From Atractiella rhizophila (Eukaryota), in contig MU271531.1 of assembly GCA_021432655.1 (NCBI GenBank), positions 13,120 through 49,099 of the forward strand: a DNA stretch of 35,980 bases. The letters run 5' to 3'. Below, in pieces: positions 1 to 11,186 of this stretch. The notes under the pieces are model-generated. The model did not search any database. It was not told the origin of the DNA and saw only the letters and a program-made list of their open reading frames with translations. Each line of letters starts with the position of its first letter. The first letter of the stretch is position 1. The position numbers and the translations under genes were made by a program.

Positions 1-3000
1 CATTGTTACCATCGTTTCTCGGTCGATACATTTGGAGATTTCAAGTGGCAGGAGTGGGGGCGAAAGAATGATGCCGTAGGAGGTACGATGGCTTACATGG
101 AAGCGATGAAGCATGAAGTGTTGAGCGTTGCTCAATCGCTGGCGAAAGGTATACTCTTCGTCATTGGTAATTGTATGCTAACATTCCGCTATGTAGACCA
201 TAAAGATCGTGTCACAGTGCACAGGAAGGTCCCTTTACCTCCTCGAGCGGCTTGCTACGGAAGAGAAGAGGAGGTCAAGAAAGCGATAGAATTCATCCTT
301 ACCGGCAAGAAGCACCTTGCTATCATTGGTGGCGCAGGGAATGGCAAATCTACCGTTGCACTGGAAGTCTTACATGCAGACAGAATCAAAAACGCATTTA
401 GGACGGCCACGGATGGGAAGGAAGAAGACTTTCGCTTTTGGATGCGATGCGACGCTTTCTCCAATTTCTCCTCTCTCTCGACCAACCTTTGCAAGGAAGT
501 TTTTGGATTAGCTCCTCCGCCTAGTGAAGATGAGCTTATTGCTGTCGCACAATATTTCAATGCTCACAAGTGTCTCCTTGTCCTCGATAATTTTGAGACC
601 CCTGCACGATCTGACAAGAATAACCTACAGTCATTTTTCCAGACTCTTTTTTCCACCAAATGTCCTTCTGGTTCCATTCTCGTCGTAGTACATCGAGGCC
701 ATCAGGTTGAACATGTGAACTCACCAGGCGTAAAATTGCAAAAGCTGGCGATTGGAGGCTTGAGCAACGATGGCGCACTGGGTATGTTCGAATACATGTA
801 CATTGCTCGAGAAGGTTATTGCCCGGATGATGAACAACTAGTGAAGACCATTGTCTCCAAACTGGATCACCATGCCTTGTCCATCAAGCTCTTCATTCTT
901 CGTGCAAACGAAGAATCGACCAAGGAGCTAAGGGTTTTGGTCGATGAATGGGAGGCAAAGAAAACCAACGTACTCTGGAATGAAGACAGCAAAGAGACAC
1001 AGACGCTTGCGACTTCGATCTCCTTTTCATTCGATTCCCCCCTGCTCAAGAAGAATGAGGTCCTCAGTGCTTTTATCCTTGCCCTTCTATCCTGGACCCC
1101 TGATGGTCTTCTGGCCGACGACATTATTGCCTTTGGCAATAACTCCAGCCTTCCCCATTCAGAGGATTCTGCTGTGCTCGTCACCTCAATCTTAAAGGTC
1201 GGACTTGCTGAAAATGTTGATGATATTAAACGATTGCGCATGCTGGCCCCAATTCGTGAATATATCAACCGTTTAGTCTTGGGTCCTCTTCCTCCTTTCA
1301 AAGTCACCACTTTATCACTTGAACCCTTAACTGAAGGTCTAATTGAGAAGGCTGATAAAAGTTTTCGACAGTTTGAAGATGATGCTGAAAGGATCGGACT
1401 GTTGACTTTTCGCAACGATTTTCCAAACCTTGAACACGTACTTCTAGCTGCCTTCAAACATCTCAAAGATCCAACAATGGGATTCAATTTCATCGTCAAA
1501 ATTTGGAGATTTCTATATCTTCAAAGGCTCCTCTCAGTGGCATTGATACAGAGTGCTTTATCCTGCAAGAAGCTTACATCACCTCCAGCAATCACAGCCG
1601 AATTGAACAGGGTTCTTGGGTTATGTTTCCAACAGAAAGGGAACCCGCAACAGGCACTGAAACAGTTTGAGGAGGCAAAGCAGCTGTATTTGGTGTTGGA
1701 AGATCGGCGAGGCCTGGCCCACTGCATTCATAGCATGGGGGAGATCGAGCAGCTCCGTGGGAAGAATGAGGACGCACTGAAACAGTTTGAGGAGGCAAAG
1801 CAGCTGTATGTGGTGGTGGAAGATCAGCAAGGCCTGGCCCACTGCATTCACAGCATGGGGGAGATTGAGCACCATCGTGGGAAGAATGAGGAAGCACTGA
1901 AACAGTTTGAAGAGGCAAAGCAGCTGTATCTGGTGGTGGGAGATCAGCAAGGCCTGGCCCACTGCATTCTCGGGGTGGGGAAGATCAAGCAGCATCGTGG
2001 GAAGGATGAGGATGCACTGAAAACAGTTTGAGGAGGCAAAGCAGCTGTATCTGCTGGTGGAAGATCGGCAAGGCCTGGCCCACTGCATTCGCAACATGGG
2101 GGAGATCGAAAAGCATCGTGGGAAGAATGAGGAAGCATTGAAACAGTTTGAAGAGGCAAAGCAGCTGTATGCAGTGGTGGAAGATCGGCGAGGCCTGGCC
2201 CATTGCATTTACAACATGGGGCTGATCGAGCAGCGTCGTGGGAAGAATGAGGATGCACTGAAACAGTTCGAGGAGGCAAAGCAGCTGTATGTGGTGGTGG
2301 AAGATTGGCAAGGCCTGGCCACTGCATCCGCAGCATGGGGAAGATCGAGCAGCTCCGTGGGAAGAATGAGGAAGCACTGAAACAGTTTAAGGAGGCAAAG
2401 CAGCTGTATCTGCTGGTGGAAGATCGGCGAGACCTGGCCCACTGCATCCGCAGCATGGGGGAGATCGAGCAGCATCGTGGGAAGAATGAGGAAGCACTGA
2501 AACAGTTTGAGGAGGCAAAGCAGCTGTATCTGCTGGTGGAAGATCAGCGTGGCCTGGCACACTGCATTTACAGCATGGGGGAGATCGAGCAGCATCGTGG
2601 GAAGAATGAGGAAGCACTGAAACAGTTTTAAGGAGGCAAAGCAGCTGTATCTGCTGGTGGAAGATCGGCGAGACCTGGCCCACTGCATCCACAGCATGGG
2701 GGAGATTGAGCAGCGTTGTGGGAAGAATGAGGAAGCCCTGAAACAGTTTGAGGAGGCAAAGCAGCTGTATCTGGTGGTGGAAGATCAGCAAGGCCTGGCC
2801 CACTGCATCCGCAGCATGGGGAAGATCGAGCAGCTCCGTGGGAAGAATGAGGAAGCACTGAAACAGTTTGAGGAGGCAAAGCAGCTGTATGTGGTGGTGG
2901 AAGATCGGCAAGGCCTGGCCCACTGCATTCGCAGCATGGGGGAGATTGAGCAGCGTCGTGGGAAGAATGAGGAAGCACTGAAACAGTTGGAAGAGGCAAA

Positions 3001-4312
3001 GCAGCTGTATCTGCTGGTGGAAGATCAGCGAGGCCTGGCACACTGCATTCACAGCATGGGGGAGATCGAGCAGCGTCATGGGAAGAATGAGGAAGCACTG
3101 AAACAGTTCGAGGAGGCAAAGCAGCTGTACGTGGTGGTGGAAGATTGGCAAGGCCTGGCCCACTGCATCCGCAGCATGGGGAAGATCGAGCAGCTCCATG
3201 GGAAGAATGAGGAAGCACTGAAGCAGTTTGAAGAGGCAAAGCAGCTGTATTTGCTGGTGGAAGATCGGCAAGGCCTGGCCCACTGCATTTACAGCATGGG
3301 GCTGATCGAGCAGCGTCGTGGGAAGAATGAGGATGCACTGAAACAGTTTGAGGAGGCAAAGCAGCTGTATCTGGTGGTGGAAGATCAGCAAGGCCTGGCC
3401 CACTGCATCCGCAGCATGGGGAAGATCGAGCAGCTCCATGGGAAGAATGAGGAAGCACTGAAACAGTTTGAAGAGGCAAAGCAGCTGTATCTGCTGGTGG
3501 AAGATCGGCAAGGCCTGGCCCACTGCATTTACATCATGGGGGTGATCGAGCAGCATCGTGGGAAGAATGAGGAAGCACTGAAACAGTTTGAGGAGGCAAA
3601 GCAGCTGTATCTGCTGGTGGAAGATCGGCGAGACCTGGCCCACTGCATTTACAGCATGGGGGTGATCGAGCAGCATCGTGGGAAGAATGAGGAAGCACTG
3701 AAACAGTTTGAGGAGGCAAAGCAGCTGTATCTGGTGGTGGAAGATCGGCAAGGCCTGGCCCACTGCATTCGCAGCATGGGGGAGATTGAGCACCATCGTG
3801 GGAAGAATGAGGAAGCACTGAAACAGTTTGAGGAGGCAAAGCAGCTGTATCTGCTGGTGGAAGATCGGCAAGGCCTGGCCCATTGCATTCGCAGCATGGG
3901 GGTGATCGAGCAGCGTCGTGGGAAGAATGAGGAAGCTCTGAGACAGTTTGAAGAGGCAAAGCAGCTCTATTTAGCCCTCGAAGACGTGGGAGGTCAACTC
4001 AATTGTCTTTACAGTTATGCTTCCATTTTCATTCAGGATTCTCAGTTCACAAAGGCGATTGGGCTTTACAAGGAAGCGATCACTTTGAGTCAGACAGTGG
4101 GTGGCTATATGGAGGCCATCTGTAGACAGACAATGGCACAACAACTCTTCATACTGTCCAGGTATGCTGAAGCAAGGGAGGAAATTGAGAAGGCTCACTG
4201 GCTTTACACGGAATGCTGTGCAGCTTCAGACATTGAAGACTGTGATAATTTGCTTGACAGAATTGGACAGGGAGAGAGAGCTATGAGTGTGACAAAAGAA
4301 CCTGCTACGTAA
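1..4312 (+). CDS. Fungal NLR-like protein: probable patatin-like N-terminal domain (5'-partial), STAND/NB-ARC-like NTPase, TPR repeat array; three 1-nt frameshifts in the array
   Basis: Frame 1 is open from base 1 (HCYHRFSVDTFGDFKWQEWGRKNDAVGGTMAYME). In-frame 48-nt GT-AG intron 149-196 with GCTAAC branch site. Walker A GGAGNGKST, Walker B LLVLDNFE. 40-aa TPR units ALKQFEEAKQLY..GLAHCI.SMG.IE. ORFs 88-2031, 2057-2380, 2305-2631 and 2657-4312 join through single-base indels at about 2020-2023, 2319-2320 and 2626-2629. Confidence 0.9.
1654..3982 (+). repeat. Tandem array of about 19 full plus 1 partial 120-bp units encoding TPRs
   Basis: Unit start gcactgaaacagtttgaggaggcaaag recurs every 120 +/-1 bp: 1654, 1774, 1894, 2014, 2135 ... 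3815, 3935. Confidence 0.97.
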
Positions 4313-4870
4313 AAGGCTTCGAGATGGCAAGGAATTGTTGGATCGTTTTGGTACATTTCACTTCACAGTCTCCATATAAATTGATCTTCTGTAGGGGTGA
4401 AGCTTCAAGCAAACTAAACAAGCCAACATAAGGGAAAAGGAATATCAATTAAAACTCTATCCATCAAGGGATCTCTGGCAATCCATTCATGTTTCATCAT
4501 ATATGTTGTAGACAGTGGAGGAGTGTTGCTATAGCATGTCACTTTCTGAGGACATGATGTCATATGCAGGTATGAGATGCAGGATACACGCCTCCATAGC
4601 CCAGAAAAGTTGATGCAAGTCATTCTCAGGCTTGCTCGTACACATTATTGAAATATACTTGTCCAGGTCAGATGACTTACTTTCCTAATTCGCTAGTCAG
4701 CGTTCTTACCAATCGCCGCTTTACCTCTTCCTGTACTCTTTGCTGCTCAGTACTCCTATTCATTTTGCTAATCTGCATCACAACTGTTTTTATCTTGACA
4801 TCCATTCATATTATTCCCCTTCTTATAACTTATTTCTGACTATTTCCTTTGTTGCCTTCCCGATTTAGAT

Positions 4871-5081
4871 ATCTTACATGTTTCATATGATATGCTTTAC
4901 AGTTCATGGCAGTGCTCCTACACATATATATAAATCAAGATGTAGTGGTGATGACCCTAGAGTATTCTCTTAGGTTTATCGCTATTATAGGTTAGTCACT
5001 TCATGTCATGATATCTCTTAGGTTTATCTCTACTACAGACACATCGTTCATCAGCGACTGTACATATTGTCAACTCAAACA
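4871..5081 (+). mobile_element. Old degenerate LTR copy, same family as 5203-5554 and 21331-21770; left boundary uncertain
   Basis: Aligns by eye to the LTR 3' half (cttacatgtttcat...tatatata...agagtattctcttaggtttatc...tgtcaactcaaaca versus tgtcagccctaaca) with many transitions. Confidence 0.75.
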
Positions 5082-5202
5082 GAAGAATATTTTCTCATAT
5101 CTTCAAAATCAAATTTTAAGAAGTTAGCAAAATGTCGGAAGTCTGGGGAGATATGGAGACATATGATTTGCTATCAATGGAGGAATATATCCAATTAGAA
5201 AC

Positions 5203-5554
5203 TGTTAGGGCTGACACTATGTGCGGTCGCCAATGGGCGATGCGTCTGTAGTGGAGATAAACCTAAGGGCATGATATGACATGAAGACTAACCTGTAGTG
5301 GAGATAAACCTAAGAGAATACTCTAAGGTCACCTCGGATCTATATATACAAGCGGAATAACACTGCCACAAAGTGTAGAGGAGAGCAGATGAAACATGCA
5401 AGAGAACTGAAAGGGGAAGCGACAGTGGGATTATGCGGAGTTAATAAGAGGAGGATAGGCACAATTGGGCTAAGTGGTGATGTAGGTGCAAATAGGCGAC
5501 GGGAGACGCAGAGTGGCGAACGGATGCTGATTTGCGTAAGATGCAAACCTGACA
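5203..5554 (-). mobile_element. 3' LTR (352 bp) of the Ty3/gypsy element
   Basis: Minus strand reads TGTCAGG...CCTAACA (TG..CA ends, short inverted termini), contains TATATA, lies just downstream of a purine tract; homologous solo copy at 21331-21770. Confidence 0.88.
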
Positions 5555-5570
5555 ACACCCCCCAGTTTCT
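5555..5570 (-). promoter_or_regulatory. Polypurine tract of the gypsy element
   Basis: Minus strand AGAAACTGGGGGGTGT directly abuts the TG of the LTR. Confidence 0.7.
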
Positions 5571-5780
5571 GTGGTGCTTGCAGTAAGCAGAAACTTCTGC
5601 TTTGTGAGGTTTGCCAATTTTTGTGAAAAGTGCCTGAAGTACCAGCCGCCGCTCGGACAGAGATGAAATTGTCGGAGTAAAGAGACATTGTGTACCTCAC
5701 AATTTGAGGAATTTTTTTTGAAGTTGACCAGGTGTTGTTTTGGTGTACTAAGTGCGCATCCTGCGAAAACGGGCTGGACA

Positions 5781-6140
5781 ACTCACCAACAAACCGGTCG
5801 CCGATCTGCCTGTTGAGGGGCAGATCGGCGCCTCGCCTAGACCTATGTTCAACAATGTGACTAGGGATTCACCCAGCGAGGCGTGTAGAGGAGTAGGACT
5901 TCTTAAAGTGAGGGGGAGGGGACCTCGTGATTGAGGGCAATTTTCGTAAATGCGACATTGGTGATGGTGCGAGAATGCAATGAGCATTCGTCTTTGACGG
6001 GCGACGCATGGACTCACCAACAACCAAGTCGCCGACTTGCCCGTTGAGGAGCAAGTCGGCACCTTGGCTTGGCCTAAGTATCAAAGACTAGGATTTCACC
6101 CGGCAAGGCATATAGGGGTGTTGGATCCCTTAAAGTGAGG
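5781..6140 (-). repeat. Two diverged ~130-bp direct repeats (5781-5913, 6012-6140) in the gypsy 3' UTR with conserved stem-loops
   Basis: Both run actcaccaacaa...cttaaagtgagg on +. Stems cgccgatctgcc/ggcagatcggcg (5799-5830) and gccgacttgc/gcaagtcggc (6031-6060). Confidence 0.85.
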
Positions 6141-7965
6141 AAGACCCTCTAGTGCTTTTTCGTCGAAGGTTACGAGAACGCGCATTTGGGCGATTTTTGG
6201 CGGAGTTTGGTATGGAATCGGGACGAACCGCGAGAAGGTGTGCAGTGTGATAGTCTCTTATAGCATCCTGCGAATTTTCTAGATCTGCGATGTTGATCCA
6301 CTCGTCCTCAGATGGTGAATACCCTTTGTATCGAACGCGATATTTGAAAACTCTATTTCGGGTACCGAACCATTTTCCATCGACAATTTTCTCCACTTCC
6401 CATTCTTCAATTCCATTCACCAATTCCGGAGGTGGTTTGGGCAACTGGACTCTGCCCGGGATGTCGTCTTCGTTGACTTTTCGTATTAGACCTACATGGA
6501 ACACTGGATGTATCTTCCATGAGGATGGCAACTCGAGTTTAAGGTTGAGGGGACCCAAAACTTGTGAAACGCGAAAAGGGCCATGCCATTTGTCCTCTAA
6601 CTTTTTGACAGGTCTCGTCAATTTGATGTTTTTCGCGCTCAACCAGACGAAATCGCCGACGTGATATTCGGGCGCCGGTGCGCGTTTTCTGTCATAATGT
6701 TTTGCCATAAGATCTGCTGCTTGCTCGAGTGCCGCTTGTGCTTCCCGGTCGGCGATTTGCATCTTTTCGACGAATTGCGCCGCCGCGGGAACGTCCTCGT
6801 CGGAGATGGGTTCAAAGGCCATGCGGGGATGTTGGCTGCAATCGAGCGAAAATGGAGTTACGCCCGTCGCCGAACTGACGCGATTGTTGAGGGCAAATTC
6901 TGTGTTGGGAAGTCCTTCCACCCAATTATCTTGAAGGTGGTTGCAGAAAATGCGCAAATATTGTTCAACCTCTTGGTTCATGCGTTCAGTCTGACCATCA
7001 CTTTGTGGGTGATAGGCTGTCGATGGTGAACCTTTGATATCTAATAGGCGAAAAAGCGCGGATGTGAATTTGGACACAAACTCTTTGCCTCGATCGAAAA
7101 TTGCAACATCGAAAAGTCCATGTAACTTCCATATGTGATTGCAAAAAAGTCTTGCAAGGCCTTCTGCATCCATCATCGAATGGGTGGGCATGAGATGGGT
7201 GCGTTTTGAGAGTCTGTCTACGATGACGAAAATCGTGTCAAACCCCAGATTCTGGGAGTGATCCAACCAAGTCCATGCTGACAATTTGCCATCGGCGCTT
7301 GGGAATGTCATTTGGTTGCAAAAACCCGACAGGTGGGGAAGGAAAGTTTTTCGTTCTGTGGCAAGTGTGGCAGGCGTTGACATAGCGGCGAACGTAATGC
7401 GCCAAACCTGGCCGCCAGTAGTACCTTTTTACGAGAGCCATTGTCGATTTTACTCCTGGATGACCGGCGATTTGCGAATCGTGCAGGTCTTGCAAAATCG
7501 AGAGGCGAATTTCGTCGTCGCGGGGAATGTAGAGTTCTCCGCGAAAATAGACAGCGCCATCGACTTCTTGCCACTCCCGTTGGCGAATTGCGTGGACTGG
7601 TTCGTCTAGGATCTCTCTCAAGGCCTTGACTACTTGTTCTTCCCGTTCGGGTACCTTTTTCATGCGTTCCAGTATACTGAACTCTGACATTTGTCTTGTG
7701 AGCGCAACCGCGCTCCCAGTCGCGTTGATCGTGATACGATCCGTGTTGAAAAAACATTCCGGGAGCAATGCTACATTGAAATTGTCGCAAGTCGCCGGTT
7801 TGTGATCTGACCGCCGACTGAGCGCATCTGGTTTTGCGGAGTTTCGTCCAGGACGGCGTAAAAGCGTGAAGTTGAAAGTTGAAGTTCAGTGATCCACCGC
7901 GCTTGTCGCCAATTTAACTTTTGTGGCATCCTGAAATATTCAAGGTTTTTGTGGTCTGTCAAGAT
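6130..7965 (-). pseudogene. Ty3/gypsy (chromovirus) pol remnant: RNase H C-terminus, integrase zinc finger and DDE core, chromodomain; frameshifted, 5'-truncated
   Basis: ILTDHKNLEYF..QKLNWRQARW (RNase H); LHDSQIAGHPG..CHTC (HHCC); SMD, FDRG, TAYHPQSDGQTERMNQ (DDE); WHGPFRV..HPVFHV (GPY/F); EEWEVEKIV..YRVRYKGYSPSEDEW (chromodomain). Confidence 0.95.
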
Positions 7966-8555
7966 CAGAAGAAGGACACATGGAGAATCGTCCGTGGTGC
8001 GAGTAGAATAGAACATTTCGCCATGACCCAGGATAGGTACTTTGATTCCGTTGCCAACTTCGAGGGTCTCATTACCCGATTCCTCTCTGAAATTGTGGAT
8101 GAGTTCCCTCCGAAACTCCGTGGGCTTAGAACAGCCTGAGTCGAGACACCTTTGATTTGAGCCGCGAAGAGAGCGATGTCGCCGAGGACAGACAAGGCAG
8201 GAGATAGAGACATGACTTTGGGAATGGGGATCTCATGTCGGACGGCTAAGTCGAGCAAAATGAGGGCATGAGCAGGCTCTGCACCATTGATATCAAGAGA
8301 ATGTGCATTGATATCCCCATTCTAACCCGGCTGATGTCACCAACGTAGCAGGCGTAGTGAGAGACTTCTTGTGTCCCAAAGCTGCCACTGACATCCTGAT
8401 GCCTATCACCCCAATTGGCATTGGTAGGGAGCACGTTCAATCCTGAGAGAAAGGAAGGAGGCATAGAAACTGTGATAGGCGTGTCCGAAGAAACAGCAAC
8501 ATTGGCGGCGAGAGATAAGGAAGCCTTCTTAGCACGGAATTGTTCGAGTTTTTCG
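7966..8555 (-). pseudogene. Ty1/copia gag C-terminal tail and aspartic protease (continuation of 19889-20975)
   Basis: My minus-strand translation from 8148: CLDSGCSKPT...LEVGNGIKVPILGHGEMF, the copia protease pattern DSG...VGNG..I.G.G. Upstream KLEQFRAKK continues gag ...FQLHPE in frame once 8556-19888 and one TSD are removed. Confidence 0.85.
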
Positions 8556-8595
8556 TATACTGGCGGGAGCCTTCAGCCCAACTCTAAGCTTATTT
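8556..8595 (+). repeat. Left terminal inverted repeat of the large element
   Basis: TATACTGGCGGGAGCCTTCAGCCCAACTCTAAGCTTATTT versus the right-end reverse complement TACGGTTGGCGAGAGCCTTCAGCTCAACTTTGAGCTAGTTT. Confidence 0.85.
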
Positions 8596-8671
8596 CGGGT
8601 GTTCACAGAATTTTCACATGGACCTTGACTGAACTGCTACCAAAGTTACAAAGCCGAGCACCAAGGAAAGC

Positions 8672-10827
8672 TAGTCTCGGGCCAGACTCCACGCGCTGCT
8701 GGATATTTGGAAAAAAGCTACTTTGCAAAAAATCACGTGCGTACACTACATTGGTAATATGAACTACTACGTCATTACAATTTAAGAAATCAACGTATCC
8801 AAAATCCAGCAGCGCTGGAGTCTGGAACCACTCGTGTGGGGAACCTGTCGAAATCCGAACCGACCATTTTTGAACGCAAATATCTCAACCACAACAGCTG
8901 GTACGGCTTTGGAGTAAGCGTGAATCCGGATAGTTTTAGCAAAATATTGGTTTGCGCGCTTTTTTGGTGAGTTTTCGTCCTTTTTTCAGCTTTGGATGTA
9001 ACCATCTTTGCAGGTCTATATCTCGTTACATACGCGGTATTGAGCTCCATGGAGCCTCAGGGAGGTCCAATGTGACCTCCTTTATCCATTCCAGGCGGCG
9101 GAACACGCAGAGATCGCATACCCACCGAGAACGACAACCATCCACCTCACCCTACCAGCGTCCTGCCAACCCCTCTTCTCGGTCGCTAGCCTCTCAAACT
9201 GCGCTGAGAAGATAAGAAAGGGCTCCCAGACTCTCTGTGAGTGTTTTCAGACCTTTAGCGCCTTCCTATCCCGATCCATCGCTCCTCTCCGGTACCGTCC
9301 TTTCACCTCCCTCCCTTTCCTCTCTCTCCATCTCGTGAAGCTTGCTAATGATCTAAAACGGCTCTAGTGACACTTACGAACGAAATCCACGTGGATCGCC
9401 AGCTCCTACAAGCACTTATGAGGAACGACACCCCTGCCTTTCTCCGCCTCTCTTGCCTTAGATGTCACTCTAAAGAGCGCCAAAGCGCTTACAAGAAGGT
9501 AGAACGGTGTACAAGGACACGTTGATGTTTTTATAAGATGATATGAGCATGTGTGGGTGGAATGATATCAAAGAGGGCGTAGGGCATTCTATTTCATGAC
9601 TCATGCTGCAGATGGACTCAACTGGTAAGTATTGAAGTTTTCAAGCTGCCAGCAGTTTCTGCATTGCAATATGTCCAAGTGTAGCTACATGAATAAATAC
9701 CTCCTGCAATCAAGATTTTACACCTGTAAGCTGACCTGAAAGGCACGCGCGAACGCATTCCGACATGCAGAATGAGAACCTGAAAAAAACTCAATACCGC
9801 CCTGACTTGTCTCCTCTTCTACGTCTAATGCTCCCACGTGGCAACGATGGATGGTATAAAGGCGGAGATGTGGAGGCACACGGGGAGGGGCAGATTGGTT
9901 CTGAGTGGTACGGTGGGTTGGTGGATCTGGCGGAGTTAGTGATATTCTTTCATAAGGAGCATGACTGCCTTCGTACTTCGTTCTAGGTGTCTCGCAGGCT
10001 CTGTAGAACGTTTGGAGGCGTCGTCCAAGCGAGGGAGAGACAAATTGCACTTGGAAAGGCGGAGGAACGACCGTTCCTCATAAGTGCTTGTAGGAGCTGG
10101 CGATCCACGTGGATTTCGTTCGTAAGTGTCACTAGAGCCGTTTTAGATCATTAGCAAGCTTCACGAGATGGAGAGAGAGGAAAGGGAGGGAGGTGAAAGG
10201 ACGGTACCGGAGAGGAGCGATGGATCGGGATAGGAAGGCGCTAAAGGTCTGAAAACACTCACAGAGAGTCTGGGAGCCCTTTCTTATCTTCTCAGCGCAG
10301 TTTGAGAGGCTAGCGACCGAGAAGAGGGGTTGGCAGGACGCTGGTAGGGTGAGGTGGATGGTTGTCGTTCTCGGTGGGTATGCGATCTCTGCGTGTTCCG
10401 CCGCCTGGAATGGATAAAGGAGGTCACATTGGACCTCCCTGAGGCTCCATGGAGCTCAATACCGCGTATGTAACGAGATATAGACCTGCAAAGATGGTTA
10501 CATCCAAAGCTGAAAAAAGGACGAAAACTCACCAAAAAAGCGCGCAAACCAATATTTTGCTAAAACTATCCGGATTCACGCTTACTCCAAAGCCGTACCA
10601 GCTGTTGTGGTTGAGATATTTGCGTTCAAAAATGGTCGGTTCGGATTTCGACAGGTTCCCCACACGAGTGGTTCCAGACTCCAGCGCTGCTGGATTTTGG
10701 ATACGTTGATTTCTTAAATTGTAATGACGTAGTAGTTCATATTACCAATGTAGTGTATGCACGTGATTTTTTGCAAAGTAGCTTTTTTCCAAATATCCAG
10801 CAGCGCGTGGAGTCTGGCCCGAGACTA
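8672..10827. mobile_element. 2,156-bp non-autonomous foldback DNA transposon with 756-bp TIRs and 9-bp TSD (AcademH-like; MULE is the alternative)
   Basis: Arms 8672-9427 and 10072-10827 are gap-free inverted repeats (one mismatch noticed, 8741/10758). TSD AAGGAAAGC at 8663-8671 and 10828-10836. Termini 5'-TAGTCTCGGGCCAGAC. No transposase in the 644-bp core. Confidence 0.93.
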
Positions 10828-11063
10828 AAGGAAAGCATGGTACGCAGATTGCATAGGTACCAAGCAGCATACATTTTTTTTCTGTTTTGCCATGAAGTAT
10901 AGAGCATTAAGACTTCGATCATATAAACAATCTTAATTGGGTCATATACCATTCAAATATTCACTTTGTTTTAGAATGAGGATTATGGAGCACTTTGGCA
11001 TTACTTAGCATCATTTAAAGATGATCGGGAAGGCTGAAAGTCCAAAGTATATTTGTAGACCCG

Positions 11064-11107
11064 TTCGGAGGGTTTCAGATCACCTGACGGAACAAAGACC
11101 CCTACGA
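11064..11107 (+). repeat. Left subterminal inverted repeat of the large element (partner 19605-19648)
   Basis: ttcggagggtttcagatcacctgacggaacaaagacccctacga matches the reverse complement of 19605-19648 at 38/44. Confidence 0.9.
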
Positions 11108-11186
11108 ATTAGCACTCAGTTTTTGTTCAAGGAAATGAAAATGGACAGTAATCATCGCAAAGCTGTATTGTAGCACTGGAAATTAT

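Noticed and set aside
1521..3959. Long minus-strand ORFs (up to 498 aa) over the TPR array
   Set aside because: Antisense shadows of a repetitive coding array lacking stops in those frames; no independent motifs.
1654..3982. CRISPR-like array
   Set aside because: Units are contiguous protein-coding repeats with no unique spacers, in a eukaryotic context.
5781..6140. Hammerhead or HDV-like ribozyme call for the 3' UTR repeats
   Set aside because: No CUGANGA/GAAA core, and I could not fit an HDV double pseudoknot; reported only as an unknown structured RNA.
8790..10709. Identical ORF pairs (86 and 87 aa) as duplicated genes
   Set aside because: They are a by-product of the 756-bp inverted repeat and have no recognisable domain.
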